A stretch of DNA of 63,409 nt, the filler included, from Octopus bimaculoides (Eukaryota), in assembly GCF_001194135.2 (NCBI RefSeq). It is 9 parts of 9 records of this genome, joined end to end, with 100 filler letters (N's around TTAATTAATTAA, not from the genome) between each part and the next. Parts side by side here need not be neighbours in the genome. Positions count along the whole stretch, not along the records: positions 1 to 13,249 come from NC_069000.1; 8 more parts are not named here. One strand, given 5' to 3'. How positions within the stretch are numbered: the stretch's first letter is position 1; the number at the start of each line of letters is the position of its first letter. This document shows, one piece after another, positions 1-10,004 of the stretch. The position numbers and the translations under genes are program-made. The notes below the pieces were generated by a model. The model worked only from the letters and a program-made list of their open reading frames with translations, searched no databases and was not told where the DNA came from.

Positions 1-74
1 TATATATATATATGCAGGGCTGTACATATATGTGCGTTTTTCTATGTATATGTATATGGAGGGGATGTATAAGG

Positions 75-105
<31 letters not shown>

Positions 106-333
106 TATGAGGTGTATACACAAGTGACTATATATTTAGGAGTTCATATGTGCGTATGCGCATGTATGTATATGTATGTGCATGGGTGTGTACGTCTGTG
201 TATATATATATATATGGGTGCATATATAAGTGTGTATGCAGAAGTGTACATGTACATGTGCATATGTAGAGGTATAAATGTATATGTGTATATATATATA
301 TATGTGTGTGTAATACAAAGGCATGAGCGTGTG

Positions 334-394
<61 letters not shown>

Positions 395-430
395 ACACAT
401 ACGCACACACACATATACAGAGAGAGAGAG
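1..430. repeat. Compound microsatellite tract (TA/TG/TATG/CA/GA)
   Basis: Runs of (TATG)n, (TA)n, (CA)n, (GA)n; the YIYI/CVCV/THTH ORFs here are by-products. Similar tracts occur throughout and border most N gaps. Confidence 0.95.
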
Positions 431-431
431 T

Positions 432-585
432 GGAAAGCTGGCAGATCCGTTAGCACAATGAGCAAAATGCTTAGCGGTATTTCGTCCACCTTTGCATTCT
501 AAGTTCAAATTTCACCATGGCCCACTTTGCCTTTCATCCTTTTGGGACCAATAGAATAAGTACTAGTTGACCACTGGGGTCAGTG
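432..585 (+). mobile_element. SINE family A (tRNA-headed), CpG-decayed copy
   Basis: gctggcaga..gttagca..aaatgcttagcggtatttcgtc..gttcaaatt..actttgcctttcatcc matches intact copies at 62706 and 29660 (minus); many differences are CG->TG/CA. Confidence 0.85.
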
Positions 586-599
586 TATACATGTATGTA

Positions 600-772
600 T
601 ATTGGTTTCAAATTCTAGTGCAAAACCAGCAATTTCAGGGTAGCGAATAAGTGAGCTGGTACTTATTTTATCGACCCTAAAAGGATGAAGAGCTGTCAGC
701 CTTGATATCTCAACTCAGAATGTAAAGATGGATGCAATGCATTTTGCCCATTGTGCTAATAGATCTGTCAGC
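600..772 (-). mobile_element. SINE family A, decayed copy, tail-to-tail with the previous copy
   Basis: ctggtacttattttatcgaccc..aaggatgaa..aactcagaatgtaaag..tgctaa is the reverse complement of the family A body. Confidence 0.75.
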
Positions 773-776
773 CATG

Positions 777-2586
777 ATCCCTTATCTGGTGGTCAATGAG
801 GAAACTAGGGATAGATAAATGGTTAGTGAGAGCTGTGCAAGCCATGTACAGGGACGCTGTCAGTANNNNNNNNNNAGATAAATGGTTAGTGAGAGCTGTG
901 CAAGCCATGTACAGGGACGCTGTCAGTAAGGTGAGGGTTGGCAACGAGTACAGTGAAGAATTCCAGCCCCCTCCTATTTATCATAGTTCTCCAGGCAATA
1001 ACAGGAATTCAAGACAGGATGCCCCTGGGAGCTCCTCTATGCTGATGACCTTGCTCTAATTGCTGAGTCACTATCAGAACTAGAGGAGAAGTTTCAGGTG
1101 TGGAAGCAAGGATTAGAATCGAAGGGCCTTACAGTCAACCTAGCAAAAACCAAAGTCTTAATAAGTAGGAAGGCAGACAAACCACAAATCCCTTCAGGTA
1201 GATGGCCCTGCTCAATCTGTAGAAAAGGCATAGGTAGAAACTCTATAGGATGTACCCAGTGTAAGCTATGGACACATAAGAGGTGCAGCAATATCAAAAG
1301 AAGGCTAACTGGGAAGATAATTTTTGTATGTGGCAGATGATCAGGAGCAATAAACACTGAAAATATACTGAAAACAACATCTGTCACATTCCAGGGACAA
1401 AAACTACAAGTAGTTGGCAGCTTCCATTACCTAGCTGACCAAGTCAGTAGCCGGGGTGGATGCTCTGAAAGTGTAGCTGCTAGAATTAGAATAGCCTGGG
1501 TAAAGTTCAGAGAGCTCCTACCTCTACTGGTAACAAAGGGCTTCTCGCTCAGAGTAAAAGGTAGACTGTATGATGCATGTGTACAAACAGCCATGCTACA
1601 TGGCAGTGAAACATGGGTTGTGACTGCTGAGGACATGTGTAAGCTTACAAGGAACAAAGCCAGTATGCTCCGCTGGATGTGTAATGTCAGTGTGCGTATA
1701 CGGCAGAGTGTAAGTACCTTGAGAGAAAAGTTGAACCGAAGAAGCATCAGATGTGGTGTGCAAGAGAGACGACTGCGCTGGTATGGTCATGTGGTGAGAA
1801 TGGATGAGGATAGCTGTGTGAAAAAGTGGCACACCCTAACAGTTGAGGGAACCAGTGGAAGAGGTAGACCCAGGAAGACCTGGGATGAGGTGATGAACAT
1901 TAGGCCTCACCGAGGCAGTGACTTGTGACCGAGACCTTTGGGAATATGCTGTACTTGAGAAGACCCGACAAGCCAAGTGAGACCCATGGCCTATGCCAGT
2001 GGTGTAACCAGCCCACTTATGCGTACCTTTCTTTCATTGGACACTAAACTCTGCAAAGACCTGTTGAGGCAAGTGAAATTGAAATCAAATCAGCTGATGT
2101 GGCCGATGACAGCACCGCCTGACTGGCATCCATGCTAGTGGAATGTTAAGAGCACCATCCAAGCATGATCGTTACCAGGGCCGCTGACTGACTCCCGTGC
2201 CAGTGGCACGTAAAAAGCACCATTCGAGTGTGATCGTTACCAGTGTCACCTTACTAGCACTTGTGCTGGTGGCACATGAAAAACGACATTCAAGCGAGGT
2301 CGTTGCCAGTGCTGCTGGACTGGCTCCTGCACAGGTGGCATATAAAAAACACCATTTGAGTGTAGCCATTGCCAGTACCACCTGACTGGCCCTCGTGTTG
2401 GTTGCACATAAAAGTACCCACTACAATCTCGGAGTGGTTGGCGTTAGGAAGGGCATGAAGCTGTAGAAACTCTGCTAGATCAGATTGGAGCCTGGTGCAG
2501 CCATCTGGCTCGCCAGTCCTCAGTCAAACCATCCAACTCATGCCAGCATGGAAAACAGATGTTAAATGATGATGATGATGATGATT
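777..2586 (+). mobile_element. 5'-truncated RTE-clade LINE: RT C-terminal part with frameshifts, 3'UTR and (GAT)n tail
   Basis: Frames give WLVRAVQAMYRDAVSKVRVGNEYSEEF, L(L)YADDL-like (ctctatgctgatgacctt), GLTVNLAKTK, LHGSETW, ERRLRWYGHVVRMDED, GRGRPRKTW; ends ...gttaaatgatgatgatgatgatgat. Confidence 0.92.
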
Positions 2587-2589
2587 CTA

Positions 2590-2901
2590 AACTCTAAATA
2601 AGTAAAGCTGAATGGAAACTCTGTATCCAGATAACAGAAATATGCCTGGTAATATCATCCACATACCATGTTTTGTATACTCCCTAATGACCTGGAGTTG
2701 TATGTGACTGACATAAGAAAATAATGGGTGTACAATAACACTTGCCTTGTGTCAAATTTTGAAACCGATATGTATATATTTGTATATATTGGTTTCGAGA
2801 AACATGTATATTCATTAGGGAATATACAAAATATAGCATTACCAGACATATTTCTGTCAGCCGGATACAGAGTTCATATTCACCTTCACTTATTTAGAGT
2901 T
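2590..2901. mobile_element. MITE with ~63-bp terminal inverted repeats and TA flanks (Tc1/mariner-type)
   Basis: TA|AACTCTAAATAAGT...ctctgtatccagataacagaaatatgcctggtaat pairs with attaccagacatatttctgtcagccggatacagagt...ACTTATTTAGAGTT|TA. Confidence 0.85.
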
Positions 2902-3235
2902 TAATATATATATATATATATATATATATTGATTTCAAATTTTGGCACAAGGTCAGCAATTTCGAGGGAGGGGATAGATTGATATATAGTATTTTGCACT
3001 GATATATTATATATTTCAATAGTATGTATTTTTCAATAAAAGATATTGTTTATAGTTAAGATAAAGTATGCTGCAGTACATTTCCATTTCTTATTTGAAA
3101 TGTTTAAGTTTATTTTGTTTACATTTGAAATAACATCTTCATCCTTAATCCACTGAAACATAAATCATAGCAAATTAAAGTTTCAGAATCCAATCAGTGA
3201 AAGGATGGATATGGAAATGAGAGCAATCTTTAAAT

Positions 3236-3638
3236 TTACTCTTTTACTTGTTTCAGTCATTTGACTGTGGCCATGCTGGAGCACCGCCTTTAGTCGAGCA
3301 AATTGACCCCAGGACTTATTCTTTGTAAGCCTAGTACTTATTCTATCAGTCTCTTTTGCCGAATCGCTAAGTTATAGGGACGTAAACACACCAGCATCAG
3401 TTGTCAAGTGATGTTGGGTGCACAAACACAAACACACAAACATGTACACACACATACATATATACATATATACGACGGGCTTCTTTCAGTTTCCGTCTAC
3501 CAAATCCACTCACAAGGCTTTGGTCGGCCCGAGGCTATAGTAGATGACACTTGCCCAAGGTGCCACGCAGTGGGACTGAACCCGGAACCATGTGGTTGGT
3601 AAGCAAGCTACTTACCACACAGCCACTCCTATGCCTAT
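3236..3638 (-). mobile_element. SINE family B, full length (tRNA-like head, CORE/MIR-like ccttgggcaagt motif)
   Basis: On minus strand A-box-like TGGCTGTGTGG and B-box-like GGTTCAGTCCC; body matches copies at 41590, 42840, 58280. Confidence 0.9.
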
Positions 3639-3985
3639 TTAATAATTAGTTATTTCTAGCAATTAATATACGAAGGAAGGATGAATATACACCTTATGGT
3701 GAAATTTGCATGTAATTGGTGTTGTAATCCTTCCATCTGTAGTTGTAGTATTTAATGGTATTAAATGTGCAAGTTTTTTTAATATGTAATTTTTCATGAC
3801 TCTTAAGTAATTTTAGAAGTGATTTTAGAAATAGAAAGGTAAATAAATGAATGAAAGGTAGTATATTGAATTAAATGATAGAAAGTTTCTTGGAAAGTGT
3901 CCTTTTTTCATTTTTACATTATTTGATAACCTGTGCTTTCCAAGGAAGTTAATATTTTCAGGTAATCTTTGATATAACCAAATGA

Positions 3986-4448
3986 AATTGATATATTGAA
4001 AGGAGCAAATTGAGCAGAAATAGAAAAATAGAAATGAATGAGGCAAAAAATGAAATTTTCATGTTTTGTAAATTTGTGTATAAATGATGGCAAACCTGCT
4101 GTTGTGTGGATAACTAGTGTTTGCTGAGTGACTTCTGGAATAATCACAGTTCTTCTGTGATATGGGTCTTCAGTTATAATTTTTGCCTTAATGATTTTTG
4201 TTCGAATGTTTTGAGTAACTCAGCACATTATACATGCCATCAGCTTGGCAAAAATTATAACTGAAGACCCATATCACAGAAGAACTGTGATTATTCCAAA
4301 AGTCCCTCAGCAAACACTAGTTATCCACACAACTCCAGGTTTGCCATCATTTACACACAAATTTACAAAATATGAAAATTTCATTTTTTGCCCCATTCAT
4401 TTCTACTTTTCTATTTCTGTTCAATTCACTCCTTTCAATATTTCAGTT
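3986..4448. repeat. Fold-back element: ~200-bp inverted arms, 59-nt loop
   Basis: 3986-4187 is the reverse complement of 4247-4448; inner 52 bp (4136-4187 / 4247-4298) pair perfectly; ORF track shows the same peptide on both strands. Confidence 0.95.
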
Positions 4449-4591
4449 AAAAAGATAATTATAGTACATAAGAAGATAATTATAGTCATTTATTTTAATA
4501 TGTGTGATGGCAAACATGAAACAGTGTATTAAAGTACTCTGTAGTAAATTTTGAAGGGTCATCCTGAACATTGATCATGACTAAACAGAAC

Positions 4592-4705
4592 CTTTTTATC
4601 TCCTGGAAATAGTTTTAGTATTTTCTCCTTCAGCAGATCATAACTGGCATATTTTGGCACTAAAACAGCAATTTTTGAAAATTTTTTTACTTTGCAATGA
4701 TGTTT
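4592..4705 (-). CDS. Candidate coding exon (KHHCKVKKFSKIAVLVPKYASYDLLKEKILKLFPGDKK), unidentified
   Basis: Good acceptor catttcatcagtttttaacAG, 114-nt open phase-0 frame; donor aag|GTTCTG is weak; no homology recognised. Confidence 0.25.
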
Positions 4706-5205
4706 CTGTTAAAAACTGATGAAATGAGGTAATTGAAATTATGAATAATGTTAAATCCCTAGGATACAATAATTCCATTATTTACTTCTGCTTCATATAT
4801 TAAGTATGAATTTGTTGAACTGAATTCTGTGCATAGAATTTTGTTTTCAATCAGTTGATATTTTTTTCTTTTTCTTTACATGCTTCTTTCCAGAAAAATT
4901 ATTGAAACTATTGTTCATTATCTGCAAAAAGATTTTTTTTTTTTCTTTTTAATTTAAAAGAAATGTTTAATCAGGTAACTCATTCACCTGAAATACATTT
5001 TCCATTTATTTCAAGTTTACAATAATATTTTATTTCCTTTTTCACTTATATTTAGCATTAAGAAATTGAAACTAAAATGATGACATTTTTAAATTTCATA
5101 AACTGAAAAAATATTTCAATTAATGCAAAAATATATAAATTTCGGTTGACAACAGAATGAGTTTTTAGAGTTTATGTAGAATTTTGTTTATCTATGACTC
5201 TAAGG

Positions 5206-5460
5206 CAGTGGTTCTCAATCATTTTTTACCTGTTGACCCCTTTGATCACTATTTTACTCAGGTGAACCCCATACCCATTCAATGTTTAAAAACTAGTTTT
5301 ATAGATATTTCTCTCAAAATTCCTATTTTGTTTTTTCACATTAACTTGTGTTGGTTGGACAATGTAAAATGTTAGAGAAAGAAACTTAGCTGTTTCTTTA
5401 CAATAAATGCAGCTAAATCAAAATTTTTTCATGGACCTTTGAAATACTACTGTGGGCTTT
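5206..5460 (+). mobile_element. hAT (Charlie-like) non-autonomous element, 3' end decayed
   Basis: Starts CAGTGGTTCTCAA (typical hAT-Charlie terminus) after ctctaagg; the matching right TIR is not recognisable. Confidence 0.6.
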
Positions 5461-6059
5461 TATCAGGTTTTATATGTACCTATACATATGTATATATCTA
5501 TGCATGTATGCTTTTCCCACATATAACAATAAGAAATTGAAAGAAAAAGAATAAAAGTTTTCAATTTCAGAAAGTGAAACAATATTTTCAACAAATGTAT
5601 AAATATATACATTTCAGACAATGAAATATGTATATGGGCAAGAAACAATTATAGTTGTAAATCATGGAAGCTTTAATTTCAGAGAGAAAAGAGAAAATAT
5701 AATTTCAAAGAAACCAATTATTTGGATGGAAATTTTAACATATTACTGACGAAAAAGGTTGAGTTTCTTTACAAATATATTGACTGTTCTTTACCATTTC
5801 TTATGTCGCTGATTAAGCTTTTTCTCTTGACAATCATATGTAATCCCCTTATATGTATACGCATTCAAACATACATACAAACCTCTGAACCTGATACAAA
5901 CAGAAACCAAACAAAACTATCATATTAAAGAGTCACTGATTAATGCCATCTTAGATATATTAGCTGTACAGTAAATAAGATTTAGTGTTCACTGGGTAAG
6001 TAAGTCTTTTATTTATTTATTTATTTTTGTATTGTAACTTTAATTTCAATTGAATTCAG

Positions 6060-6190
6060 TTCATACTTAATTGATACTTATTTTATTGGTCTCTTTGCCG
6101 AACTGCTAAGTTATGGGGATGTAAACACACCAACACCAGTTGTGAAGCAGTGGTGGGGGACAAACACAAACACAAAGACACATGGATATA
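6060..6190 (-). mobile_element. SINE family B fragment, CpG-decayed
   Basis: ggtctctttgccgaactgctaagttatggggatgtaaacacacc vs intact ggtctc..gccgaaccgctaagttacggggacgtaaacacacc. Confidence 0.85.
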
Positions 6191-6995
6191 TATATATATA
6201 TATATATATATTCATAAAATAAAGATAAAATCACGTTAATAATAATTATCAAGTAGTCAGCATGGAAATAAGCAATTTATATATTAAATTAATAATTATA
6301 TATATATATATATGTATAATTACATTAAGGGAAAAAGTCAAAAGATGACTTTTCTCCACCATACAGAATGAATGTCTAAACATTACAAAGAGCACAAAAC
6401 AGAGCACTACACAATACCATGCACATAAACTACATTCAAATATCACATACACAACTCCAAAAGAATAAATAAAATTCTAAAAATGAAGTACCACCTGGAC
6501 AACAAAGGACACAGTTCCTGCCACTATATGAAAGATCACATCCAAAAACCCAAATATGTATACAATACTCCAGAACACTACTAAAATACAATCCTAAACC
6601 ACCGTTATACCTACATGACTCAGACAATAGCACATACACACAGAAATAACTGCACAATTATATTACTCACTGGACACCAAACATTGTTCTATATTATGTA
6701 CATCACTAATAATACGTGCTGAGGAACAGCTACTATCTTGCTTTGACCAAGTTCATTTTGTCCATCTCCACAATGACCACCACCAGAATCTATTTGTACA
6801 TAGATGAGCCAATGCTGGAGTCTCTATGTGGTTGTTTGAGCTGATATATATATAGTATTTTTTCATTTGTCTTGCCCTTTTACAGTCTGTTGTGTCGCTA
6901 AATTTTTACTGAGAACATATTTTTCGTGCTTAGATGATTCGGCATCTATTTCTAGCATATAGGAGTCCACTTTTGCTGGTCATTCCTCTTCTTTT

Positions 6996-7037
<42 letters not shown>

Positions 7038-7349
7038 CATAGAAAAAAATTCTATATAATTTTTGTACATCACCTCCAAACCTTCCAATATNNNNNNNNN
7101 NNNNNNNNNNNNNNNNNNNNNNNNNNNNNNNNNNNNNNNNNNNNNNNNNNNNNNNNNNNNNNNNNNNNNNNNNNNNNNNNNNNNNNNNNNNNNNNNNNNN
7201 NNNNNNNNNNNNNNNNNNNNNNNNNNNNNNNNNNNNNNNNNNNNNNNNNNNNNNNNNNNNNNNNNNNNNNNNNNNNNNNNNNNNNNNNNNNNNNNNNNNN
7301 TATATATATATATATATAGTTAAAAAAGACAAAAAACAATAACAAAAAA

Positions 7350-7545
7350 CAACAACGTGAGGACGTGATACGGATAGTGTTACTAGACGCTCGGGAAAGG
7401 AAAGAGAGAGGGTATGACGTTTCGAGCGGAGTTCTTCGTCGGAAACAAGGAAAGTTCAAAGAAGGGAAAAACGGAAGAATAAAAAATCAGCACCGATGTC
7501 TACGAGGTTACATTGTGGAAGGACCGGAAGAGGGGGAAGCGTGTG
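7350..7545 (-). mobile_element. Penelope-like element tail with minimal hammerhead-like motif (7412-7446)
   Basis: Minus strand gttt-CCGACGA-A-GAACTCCGCTC-GAAAC-GTC-atac; ends in (TA)n/(TATG)n context. Confidence 0.55.
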
Positions 7546-8232
7546 TATACTTTTGCGTATGTATGTATGTATGTATGTATGTATGTATGTATGTATGTAT
7601 AGCGAAGGTAGCGATGACATCAAGTTTCGCATTTCAAGGATTTCTCAAACTGTCTGACTAAACCTCGTGAAGCAAAATTTGAAGCCACAGTCAACCTCTA
7701 TATGTAACAAAAAAACTGCACAAATAATGTTGAGTCCTCTAATCGGTAAATGTTTGTTGTTACTTTTACGTTACAGTACAGTACAGACAGACAGACAGAT
7801 AGACTGACAAATTGTGATAGAGAATTTTCCCTGTCACTTGATCGGAATGAATGGAAATATTGAAGAAAACTACCCCTGAAAGCTAGACCAATATAATATC
7901 TATCAATCTTGTTCGGCGGTGTTATGCTCGCTAGAGTGAAAAAACTTCTTTAGAGAGGAAGGATCCATTGGGCGAATAGGTTCATGGATTACAACAATTA
8001 CAAATAAGCTAATGAGCTGGAAGTTGTGCGTGGGGTAGATTATGGGAATCTATGCAGTCCATAGAGGAATAACGCATCGTAATGTTATGCGGGTAGAAGA
8101 AAGAATCTGTAGCACTTGTAAAATATATCAATTGTGTATTGGATTAAACCATATTAATTTTATCTTCCTGCTTCAATTTTGCTGTTTGAAGGTGCGCGCG
8201 CACCCACACCTACACCCATGCACACACATGTG

Positions 8233-8273
<41 letters not shown>

Positions 8274-8454
8274 CAACCACCTGTGTATATAAACAAACTT
8301 ACATTTGTTCTTTAGTAGCGCCGAATGTGACAAAAGAACAGGATTTACATAACTTTCAATAGCTTTTATAGTTTCCTTGGAGTCATTTGAAGTGTTGCTT
8401 TATTAAGGAAAGCATTTAAATATATATTGCTAGGTACACCTAGACACGTATATA

Positions 8455-9560
8455 CACAGGTCACCGAAACATTCTTTATTTTTTTTCTCCTATCAAAACA
8501 TTTAGACCTGAAATAGGAGTTTTTTGACACACAGAATCCAAAAATACCACCCATTTATTACCGTCATGTCAAGATTTCAGGATACTGGGTCCATAGAATT
8601 TCACAATTTCTTTGTTTTGTTTTTTCAATAAAACAGCTTATGAGGAACAGGGAATAACGCACAAACATACAGAGAAATTGGTTTTTCTTCAAAGCCAGAA
8701 TGTTTTCTTATAATTCTACTGCAAAACTAGCAAATGTCTTAAAATTTCTACAGACAAATTACATAATTGTTTATTCTTAATTTCCCATGATTTTGCGTTT
8801 GGATGAATTTCTTGGGTACTGAACCTCGGGAAGATCACGAGCCAAGTTCTAACAATAGTCCGCCATCATATGCAAGTCACATCTATCGTTTCCATCTGGA
8901 TCTAAAATCAATGGAATACTTTATTCCATTGATTTTAGATCCTGGTGGAAACGGTCTCCCTGCTCGTCACTTGTGTCACCAAGATTTTCAGGGAATTTAT
9001 TAAGGTGAATGTGAAGATGGTGCAGCTTTATGCTCATATTTGCTTCCAACATTTTGAAAGTTCTCCAGCATGTTGTTACTATTTCGGCAGAGTTGGCTGC
9101 TTTCTTGTCCAGGAAATCATTCACAACTTTTACAAATGAATTTTATGCTGTTACTTCAATGCAGTTTGTTGAATTTACATCTTTCATCAATTTTCTGATT
9201 TGAGGCTCATCAAAAATTCCAACTTTTATCTTTTCACTGCTCAGACCGAAAAATGTGTAGCTGATATAGCGAATGCATGATCCATCTTTAACCAGAATTT
9301 TAACAAACTATTTTATAATGCCAAGTTTGATATGGAGTGGAGGTAGGAAGATTTTTCCCCGTTTAACTAAAGGATCTTCAACTACCTTAAAAGACCTTGG
9401 GACTAATGTTCGCAGCGACTATTCTCCGATCACCCAATGTTTTCCCCTGGCTCTGCTGTCCCATATCAAAAACATAAAAAAAACATTAAAATCCGGTAAA
9501 AACCGTCCTGACAACAAAATACCTGTTGGGTTGTGTAAACATCCATAAGATAAAATCCCA
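8455..9560 (-). mobile_element. CMC/Chapaev-3-type DNA transposon remnant (3' half of transposase plus terminus)
   Basis: Minus frames: WDSRARGKHW, PLVKRGKIFLPPLHIKLG, EKIKVGIFDEPQIRKLM, MSIKLHHLHIHLNKFPENLGDTSDEQGDRFHQDLKSME, MMADY; terminus CACAG at 8455. Transposase nature is clear; the superfamily is from memory. Confidence 0.75.
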
Positions 9561-9566
9561 TAGATA

Positions 9567-9661
<95 letters not shown>

Positions 9662-10004
9662 TTGCTCAGTGTCACCATCTATCAAGAATCTCATTCCAAC
9701 GACGGAGCTTTGTATCTTTGTTAGAATTCAACTAGCATTGAGAACAGTAACCTGGTGGATGCCTCCGAATGTAGTCGGAAATTGTTTGAAAGCCCGTCAG
9801 AGGGCTGAACGTGTTGTTGTCACACACTGTCACGTGTTCATTCTTCCAGAGGATTACAATGAGGGTACGTGTGTGTGTGTATGTGTGTGTATTTGTTCAG
9901 TGTCACCATCTATCAAGAATCTTAGACATCGATGTTTCGACTACTTGGCTTTATCAATGGAATGTACCTAAAAGATGATTCTTTATTACGATAATTATAT
10001 ATCA

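Noticed and set aside
815-927. Direct duplication of the KWLVRAVQAMYRDAVS codons
   Set aside because: Identical copies on either side of a 10-N gap: unmerged contig overlap.
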